Assembly: GCA_964016885.1 (NCBI GenBank)
Contig: OZ024742.1
Span: 116,560,001-116,624,000, forward strand
DNA: 64,000 nt
Origin: Eledone cirrhosa
Lineage: Eukaryota
Direction of reading: 5' to 3'
Below the pieces are notes generated by a model. That model had not been told where the DNA came from, made no database searches, and saw only the letters and a list, made by a program, of their open reading frames with translations. Shown here piece after piece: positions 54,743 to 64,000 of the stretch. Position numbers and translations under genes: made by a program. Within the stretch, counting starts at the first letter, position 1; every line of letters starts with the position of its first letter.

Positions 54743-55546
54743 TGTGTATGAGTGTATGTATATTTTATCAAACATGGTGCTTGATACATATACACATCAA
54801 GCACCATCTTTGATAAAATATACATATTAAATATACATATAAATATACATATATGCATAGTTATGTGTGTGTTGTTATATGAGGAGCCCACACCAAACCT
54901 AAACTGCCCTGGGCCCCCAATGTCTACATTTCATCCTGATTTCTATTCTGATAATCTCTAACATTTTATCTAAGGTTTGATAATGTCAAATAATATTTCT
55001 AACTGGAACATTCCTTCCGTTCCTTATCTTGTCCAAATTTCCTTTTTCTATTTTCTTCTAATAATAGAGACAGGGAAATTAGCTGAACCATTAGAGCATA
55101 TAATAAAATGATTTGTGATATTTGTTCTGGCTCACTTCACTCTGAGTTCAAATTTCATGAAGGTCAACTTTGCCTTTTGTATATTCAATTTGAAAACTAA
55201 GTACCAGTCTAAGGTGGTTTATGGATAGAATTGTTACATCATAAGCAGAAATGACTTGTAGCATTTGTTCCTACTTTTTGCATTTGAGTTCAATTAGCAT
55301 TGTGGCCTATCAACAAAAATGAATACAAATTCTATTGAGCCTTCAGATGGGCTTTTAGTTTTAGGATGGTTAGAAATTTTGAATTTAATACCTGTATGTA
55401 TAACTTTTCTATTCCAATTACACGCACCATGTTAACTTTGATATGTAAAATTGGAGAGTTTGTTGTATATTCTAATTTGTTGTGTATGAGGGGGCCCCCC
55501 AAAACCTGAAATGCCCCGGGCCTCCAAGGTCTAAATCCAAACCTGG
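54416..55546. mobile_element. hAT-like MITE termini (GC-rich GGGCCCC ends)
   Basis: Left end cagggtaaactttatcaggggtccatgggggcga; related right ends gccctgggcccccaatg..cctg (~54900-54938) and gccccgggcctccaagg..cctg (~55510-55546). Confidence 0.45.
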
Positions 55547-56649
55547 TCACAGCTCATCTCTAATAATGCATTGGGTTGATAGTTTTTCTACATTAATATG
55601 AAAACCTTTATCTTCATCAATATGAAAACATTCATGAAAGCTTATACACACACACATACACACATATATGTTATGAACATTCTATCTTCACTTCCTATGC
55701 TGGTATTCATCGAGCAAGACATTTCAGGACAGCATTCTGCAGGTAGATACTATTCCTCATGTCAAAACACACTTATTTTTTTCTCATTTTTTATATGTAA
55801 TATACAGATCTTTGTATTTTTAACTGCTAGCTGCAAGATTTCTATTTATGTGATGTTTTCATAAAACTATTACCAATGGACCAAATGTGAAGCAAAGACA
55901 CACACACACGTGCACATGCATTCACGCACTCCCACTAATATATATGAATAAGGAATTCATGAGCAAGATGTGGTCATCTGACCTGATTTGTACTGGAATG
56001 TTGTACCCACGCCAGCATGGAAAACTGATGTAAAATAATTATGATAATGATTTGACAAATGCCCTAACAGTTTCTGCCTAGTAAATTCACTAGCAAGGCA
56101 TTCAGTAGTATGAAACTATACAAAACACTTGTCCAAGTACCACACAGTTGGGTAGAACCCAAAATTATCTGGTTGTAAAGCAAACATCTTAATCCAACCA
56201 CTATGCTCACATTTAAGAAGGTTGTGTGTGATTTGAGGAAACTTTTTGTGCTATTTCTAGCAGCACAGTAACCACATAGTCTCTCCTATTAGCTGATATA
56301 TCAAGAAACTATTGCAAGCAGGTCTAGATCTCAAGGGTAAATTCTTCTATAAATATCTTTTGTAGTGTCAATATATTTCATTTATAATTCTGATATATAC
56401 ATTATCTCATTTGAACCATGAATATTTCATTGTTAAATCAATAATTGTCTTAAAACAACACTGTATCTTTATGATATATTTTACTTATTTTCAATACATA
56501 TATAATGAGTAACATTATCATCATCCTCATTGTTAGTTTTTTTTTCCATGTTAGCATGGGTTAAACATGTCCCAACTTTGCAATGCCCTAGATAAATATG
56601 TACACAGGGTATAAAGTAATTAATATTCAAGCCAATGTGGTCATGTCAG

Positions 56650-56950
56650 CTTCTATGTGGTTGTTCTACATGGCAAAAATAGGTATTTTCTTCTTTGTTG
56701 CTGCTGCATTTCAGCAAAAACTCCTGCAATTCTTGCACTTAATTCAACCTCCTGCCTTCCATCACTCATGAAAACAACCCCAAGATACTTGAAATTCTCT
56801 GCCCAGTTTACTGTAACTCCACTCACATTCAGAGTACACTGTGTAGGCTTTCTTGAGAGGATGAATGCTTCAGTCTTTGCAGCACTGATTTTCATTCCTA
56901 CCATGGGCTCTGTACATTTTCCATCTACCAATTTCACACCAGTCATTGAC
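56650..56950 (-). mobile_element. RTE-like RT thumb fragment
   Basis: VGMKISAAKTEAFILSRK..CTLNVSG...ENFKYLGVVFMSDGRQEVELSARI. Confidence 0.75.
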
Positions 56951-57561
56951 TAGACTGGGGATATAGTAGAAAGCACATATGGCGTTTTACAGTGGGATAA
57001 AACTTGAAACCATATGGTTTCAAAGTGAACTCATAAACCATAGGGACATACCTCCAACTACTATCTTATAAAAGAAATAAACAGCAACAACAGACACATT
57101 GTACACATTGTTCTAGATATACTAACACTTGGGATGATCACCACAGAAATGTTTTAAGCATATGTCAACTTGACCAGAGTTAGCTTGGCACTAAACATAA
57201 ATAACAAAAGCATTGTATTGTTTCTAACATAGACACAAGGTCAGAATTTCAAAGGAGGTATTAGTAATTTTTATATTATGCCTAGTACACGGATGATACT
57301 ATAGTTTAATCACCCAAGAAAGCAAAGTTGGCCTCAATGGAATATGAACTCAGATATATGAACCAAAACAAAATACCATTGGTCTTATCTCATTGTACAT
57401 TATAGCCTTAGGTATAAAAATACATGAGATGGTCTTGACTGGAAACTTTTTTATCATAGGTCATATCATAGGTGACATGGGGCTAAATAACAAGAACAAG
57501 TAAGGAAATATTTTATGAAAAATTCTAACTTTTAACATTTTTATAATTATTAATGGTTCAA

Positions 57562-57780
57562 GGGTGGTGAATTAGCAGAATCATTAGAGCATCGAAGAAA
57601 ATGCTTCAAATTATTTAGTTGCAGCCATTTATGTTCTGAACCCAAATCCTGCTGAGTTCAAATTTGCCTTTCAAAATTCTGACGTCAATGAGATAGAGTA
57701 CCAGTAAGAACTGGGAGAGATATAATTGACTTTTCTCAACGAAAAAAATGCTGGCCTTGTGCATAAATTAAAAATCACAT
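57562..57780 (+). mobile_element. SINE family A, old copy
   Basis: gggtggtgaattagcagaatcattagagcatcg...tttgcctttc...gtaccagt...tgctggccttgtgc. Confidence 0.75.
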
Positions 57781-58067
57781 TTATTAATAGATCAAACTAT
57801 TTATTCCCTAGAAACTTTTCCAATTATTTTTCCACATTTTACAAACGTTATCTGTTTTAATGAATAAAATGTGTTTCTATTCTTATATGTAGCAAAGTTT
57901 GTGATATCACAATTCTGAGATTAAATCTAACAGCCTAATAAAAAAAATTGGTAGGAAAAATTAGATGTTTCTGTAACTTACTTGAGATATATTTACTTAA
58001 ATATTTTTAGCACCATATTTCAGCATTTCTGTTAACAGTGCTCTCATCCTTGTTATTATGTGAGCAT

Positions 58068-58068
<1 letters not shown>

Positions 58069-58119
<51 letters not shown>

Positions 58120-58148
58120 TAAGATATGTATGTATGTATATGAATGTG

Positions 58149-58185
<37 letters not shown>

Positions 58186-58208
58186 GTATGTATATAAATA
58201 TATGTATG

Positions 58209-58243
<35 letters not shown>

Positions 58244-58337
58244 GTATATATATATATGTATATATATATGTATGTATATATATATATATGTATGTATATA
58301 TATATATGTATGTATATATATATTTGTATGTATATAT

Positions 58338-58368
<31 letters not shown>

Positions 58369-58560
58369 TGTATATATATGTATGTATGTATATATATATA
58401 TATGTATGTATATATATATATGTATGTATATATATGTGTATGTATATATATGTGTATGTTTATATATATGTATGTATATATATGTATATATATATATATA
58501 TATATCTATGTATGTATATGTATGTATATATGTATATGTATGTATGTATATATATGTATG

Positions 58561-58596
<36 letters not shown>

Positions 58597-58609
58597 TATA
58601 TTATGTATG

Positions 58610-58657
<48 letters not shown>

Positions 58658-58685
58658 TATATTATGTATGTATATGTATGTATAT

Positions 58686-58733
<48 letters not shown>

Positions 58734-58862
58734 TTATATATGAATGTATATATATGTATGTATGTATATATACATATATATATATATGTATATATATGTA
58801 TGTATTTATATATGAATGTATATATATGTATGTATTTATATATGAATGTATATATATGTATG

Positions 58863-58935
<73 letters not shown>

Positions 58936-58960
58936 ATATATATGTATGTATATGTAGGTG

Positions 58961-58995
<35 letters not shown>

Positions 58996-59056
58996 GCATG
59001 TATATGTGTATATATGCATGAATATGTGTGTGTGTGTAATATATATATATATATAT
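58069..59056. repeat. ~1-kb compound (CA)n/(TATG)n/(TA)n microsatellite
   Basis: Directly visible. Confidence 0.95.
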
Positions 59057-60190
59057 TACAAAAGTACTTACTTATAAGTTAATATTATGCAATTATATAA
59101 CTTATAGCTAACATAACTATTCTACATATTAAATTTCCCAATATCAGATTTTAGAGTCTCTGTGTATTTTACTGTACAACCATTTTATCAATATTAAATA
59201 CCCTTCACTCATTTCAAATTTTCGCAAAGGAATAGTTTTATGAGAGAGGAAAACTGTCAACAAAAATATTTAAAAGCTTTAAAAAATTCATAGCTATAAA
59301 ATATATCATTTTTGAGACAAAATATGAATACCTTTGTTGTATTACATAGGAAGTTATTATCAATATAAATTTGAAGAAACTTTTCTATTCTTCATATGGT
59401 TTTAATTTTATCTCCAGAAATAATATTTTATTCAATTATTTAACATAATAAAAATAGTTTATTCAATTGCAGGAGTTAAGACATATTACATTATATAGTT
59501 ATTGCTTGGGCCATAAGATTTTCCTTACATTTATATTAAGTTTTAATTTTTTTTTCCTTTAAAATATTTCAGGCATTTTCCAAAGTTAAAACAAATATTT
59601 ATTTACTTATTGTTTCGCCAGAAAGGGACATCTGGTACCCATGACACGTTTTAAGAGCCTATGTGACTGGTAAGAAAGAGTGAGGGATATACCCTCTGAC
59701 TGGAGAACAAATGCTACCATCAGATGTGCCTCTGCTAAAAGCACCCAAGGTTTAGGTGGTGGTGTTAAAATTAGGGGAAAGGAAATATAGAAACATTGTT
59801 TAAATATATCGAATTGAATTTAAAGGCAATGAGGACCTAGCCCAAATCTTTAAAACTTCTAATAAAGGCAATGTTGACTTCAATGGGATTTGAAATCAAA
59901 ATGCATGGTGCCAGAATAAAGACACAAAGTATACCATTTGACACAGTAGTTCTTCTGCTCATCCGTTGGTTGGATTAACATTGCCTGTCATTTCTCCAGA
60001 GTCTGTAAAGTATCAGAAATGTATTGAGGTCAATTCAATCAACTCTACTCATTCCCAACCCAAACCAGCCCTAAATGTAAGTGTTTTGTGGCAATGTAAG
60101 GCATTAATATCTAACCAAAATAGATGTCATGGAATTTACTGACATTTAGAAGAGGTTTAAATAATATATTTATTTGTCATTATTATATTT

Positions 60191-60499
60191 ACGGTCTGAG
60201 CTCAAATCATACCGAGGTTAACTTTTCCCTTCATCCTTACGGGATCGATAAAATAAAGTACCAGTAATACACTGGGATAATTGCTGGCCTTGTGCCAAAA
60301 GTAGAAACAGTTATACGGTGGTGAAGTGGCAGTATCGGTAGAGGGTCGGACACCACGCTTTGCAGTACAGTTACGTCCCTTTACGGACTGAGTTCAAATC
60401 CCGCCGAGGTTAACTTTGCCTTCATCATTACGGGGTCGATAAAATAAGGTACCAGTAATGCACTGAGTAATTGCTGGCCTTGTGCCATAAGTAGAAACA
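60191..60499 (+). mobile_element. Tandem dimer of SINE family A (truncated + full copy) with one TSD
   Basis: Copies ~60191-60312 and 60315-60499; attattatattt at 60179-60190 and 60500-60511. Confidence 0.85.
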
Positions 60500-62821
60500 A
60501 TTATTATATTTGATTCAAAGTCAGGTTTTTGTTGTACATCCAGAACTACATAATCCAGTTATTCTGAAAATAAGATATCATCCCACAGGGTAGCAATTTC
60601 TTTAAACTTTTACATGTTTTTTAATGCAAAAATATCTTTTATATTGAGAGAGCACAAAATGTTTTAGTAGCATTTCTTTTTGAAGACTGTTTGATTCAAG
60701 AGAAAATTGGCTTACCATTTCTAGCAGATTCGGTGACCATGTAGACACTCCTTCATTGGCTCCCTCATTAACACTCATATGGCTTTAGATATTAATGGAT
60801 CGATTAAGATGATTAAAATTGTTTGACTGAGAACAAGTGATGATTTAGTTGATTTAGTTTATATGTAAAATCATTTAAATGATAACGATGATGATCTACA
60901 GGGAGCATAATTAATGAACATAATTAATGTATCTTATTAATTATTGTAAATGTTGTCAATCATTAAAACTTTCACATTGATTGTTGTATCATAGATCCAA
61001 ACCAGCAAACAAAACCCAGGTCTAAAAACTACCCACACAAAAGTGAATGATTCTACCACTTCCTCTTTTCCTCTCTGTACATCTAGTAGGTGATACCATT
61101 GATTAAATAACTGGAAAACTCATAATTGGATAACAGAGGTTCATTTACCAATGATAATAATTTTTATATGAATAATATGTTTCTACTAACCCTTGCCTTA
61201 TCAAGGAAAATAGCCTGAAAATGCTTGTTGTGTACCCATGACCTTTGCAGACCTTCTGAGTCTTGTAAGATTGGTGATATTAATAATCTACTTAAACACC
61301 ATAACGAAAGGTATAAGAAAGGAGAGAGTTCTAAATGATTTGAAACACCTGGGAAAAATGATATTTCTAATAGCTATTACCTGATATTAGATACCTGTTA
61401 CTGACTGCTAACTCTATTGGAAATATTTCGCTTCCATTGAGAATATTTTACTGACTGAGCTATGAGCAGAAATCTTTCATGAAAATTAGCAAAGTAAGTT
61501 TATAAAAAAACTTGAGAACAATGTGATTAATTTTCCAGATAAGAATAACTGTTTCTGAAAGAGAATTATTTATTAAATATATTGCTTGTGTAGACCTTCA
61601 AAGGAAACTAACTTATGGAAATAACTATCAGGCTAGTATTGATAATATCACAAGAAATATTTCAGAGAGGAAACCGGATGAAATTGGAAAATATTAAACT
61701 TCTTTTTATCCCTGGCAGAAAAACGGATGGCCATACAATATCAATCATATATCAAGTCACAGTGCCAGAGAAGACTACGATTCTATTATTTAATCTCTAT
61801 TTTCATGATCTGATAATATAAAACTTTTATAAAAACTCATTATCTTCAAGGCAATAATGTTTTGGTGTGTTTTTTTATTTTTTTAAGTTTTATTTGATGG
61901 CTAATTCAATGAGTTTCTCAAAAACAATATAAGTATCAATGAATGAAGGAAAAAGCCCAAAGTGCCTTAATGATACTTATTATATTTTCAGAATGTTGTA
62001 ACATGAAGGCAATATTTTATAATTTATTTTCATGAGGTATTATGGATTTTTCAAATATCAATCTATATTTTTTGCTTCTATCTACAGTATATTTTGATTG
62101 ATCTATTTTCTGATCATCTTCAGATTTCATGTTTCTAAATATACCAGTGGCCCAAAGATATATATGTATTTAGAAATAGCTTATATAACATGAATCTGCA
62201 AACAGGTCAATCAAAATATGATAAATAGTCCATTCTTTCATTCAGCTGCTTGATCAGCTCATTCTATATGTGGCTGATTATTCTCTAAACATGTATATTT
62301 TTATTATAACTCACAAAATGAAACATGACATATCATCATCATAACCATTTTACATCCACATTCCGATGCTTAAATATTTGAAAAAGCTGAACCCTTAAAT
62401 TACATATCCAGTCCACCAAATGGGCTGACACACAGTTTGTCTTTATATACATATACACACTCACTGGACTGTATTATTTACTGTCTTGTTTCCCATTTAT
62501 GTTATATATATATATATATTTATATATATGTCTGTCTTAGAAGTGCAATTTGCTATATGTAATCTTCTTTTATAAGGTATATCTTAAAATGGAACTTCAT
62601 GATGAGGTTACATTTTAAAATTATAAACTTCAAAGGAGTAAATTGATTCAGACATTTACAATTTATACATTATTTTTCTTTCAACTAATAAATGTGTTTC
62701 CTCCTTAACATTTCTGCAAATGTAATATTTTGGTTAATTCTCGGAGCAGTTCTTCAGAAATTATATATACATATTTCTTGGTAACTACAACTAATTATTA
62801 TATATATATATAATATATATA

Positions 62822-63235
62822 TATAAAGTGACAATAAGACTTGCCATATTTTGTAAACGTTATTACATATTACAATTTGCTTCCATATCAATCAGCTCAG
62901 TGTGTGATCATGTGATTGGATTCTGACTCTTAATCGACACTTCTTCAGATATGAGAGTTTACATAGGTGGTCCCAGCATATGTAAACTCTCACATCTGAA
63001 GAAGTGTCGATTAAGAGTTGAGATCCAATCATATGATCACTCCCAAGCTGATCGATATGGAAACAAATTGTAATATGTAATAAAGTTTTACAAAAAGCTG
63101 CAATTCTTATTGTCACTTCATATAAACTGTGCAAAATACAGCCACCTTAAACCTGGAGCACAACTCAATGAGAAACAGATATAGTAACAGCATCGAGTTC
63201 TTCGACCAGTAACACCAAGTTACCTACCTAATAAC
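62822..63235. mobile_element. PLE-type foldback with a hammerhead-like motif in each arm
   Basis: Arms 62822-62965 and 62979-63124; right arm has CTGAAGA (62996)...GAAA caaattg TA atatg; (TA)n flanks. Confidence 0.8.
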
Positions 63236-63257
63236 GTATATATATATATATATATAT

Positions 63258-63698
63258 ATCATCATCACCATTTTACGTCCGTTCTTCCACGCTAGCATGG
63301 GTTAGACGGGTTGTCCTGTGGTGGGCAGTATCTGGTCAGCTGACCTTGTCTTGCTCATACGGGAACTGATTCATGCTTGATTTCTACAGCTGGATGTCCT
63401 TCCTAACACCAACCTCATTTACAGTGAGTGGTGGGTGCTTTTTTTCTGTGGTGCCTACACGCCCACTTTACAGCGTGGGCTGGGTGCATTTTTGCTGTGG
63501 CACTTCCACGATCACTTTGCAGTGGAATGATAGGTACCCCAGTCCTATCATCTCATTTCGACAGCTGAGTAAACTGGAGCAATGTGAAATAAAATGTCTT
63601 GCTCAAGGAAAGAACAATAATGTGTCTTGCTCAAGGAAACAAAACATCACCTGGTCCGAGAATTGAACACATATCCTTTCGATTGCAAGCCCAATGCT
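63258..63698 (-). mobile_element. SINE family B variant carrying the long RTE 3'-UTR tail
   Basis: 63258-63480 closely matches the LINE 3' UTR at 17890-18125; 63540-63698 is the CORE-like domain and head. Confidence 0.9.
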
Positions 63699-63843
63699 TG
63701 TATATATATATATATTTAAAAGAATAGAGGTGTAACACACAAGTTATGATATATTGGTAAGCGAAAGAGAAAATGCTGACAAATTGTTCACAGTGAAAAA
63801 TAGTTTAATTAGAAATAAGTGAGAATTAGTAATAGTATTGATT

Positions 63844-64000
63844 AGTAATCAGTTTTGGTTTTTAGTTTTACCGGTTGTGCATTTCTAATGCTTTTCAAAA
63901 ATAATTTTGAGATAGAGCGTCCGTGATGTTTGCTCTGCAGAACAAACATCACGGACGCTCTATCTCAAACCGGTAAAACTAAAAACCAAAACTGAATACT
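63844..64000. repeat. Near-perfect palindrome running off the window end
   Basis: Centred at 63937/63938; inner arms 63906-63932 and 63943-63969, outer arms 63844-63876 and 63970-64000. Confidence 0.85.

Noticed and set aside
59550-59680. Plus-strand acceptor-like tttcag and donor-like gtaaga
   Set aside because: Such motifs are frequent in AT-rich DNA; no supporting frame
62104-62127. Minus-strand CTGAAGAtgatcaGAAA
   Set aside because: No stem I or III pairing; compatible with chance

Overview
AT-rich, repeat-dense eukaryotic non-coding DNA. The SINE families, the RTE/Penelope content and the very long (TA)n/(TG)n tracts suggest a cephalopod, probably Octopus (inference). I can support no host protein-coding gene; most listed ORFs are microsatellite artefacts or decayed retroelement ORFs. 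The window holds two large RTE-clade LINEs (17.9-20.4 kb minus, with a PHD finger inside the RT region; 37.9-41.0 kb plus, near full length). It also holds older RTE, CR1, R4/Dong, L1/Tx1 and Penelope-like (PLE) remnants, at least three tRNA-derived SINE families, an abundant head-less repeat, and MITEs. Three signals stand out. (1) Several sequence-unrelated, short, PLE-type units carry type I hammerhead ribozymes (two canonical, others degenerate), sit in (TA)n tracts and are often folded back as inverted repeats. (2) There is a textbook recursive-splice-site motif (polypyrimidine-CAG|GTAAGT) at 27830/27831. (3) CpG content drops visibly at about 23 kb, suggesting the right two-thirds is a methylated gene body (long intron). 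Repeat boundaries were estimated by eye.
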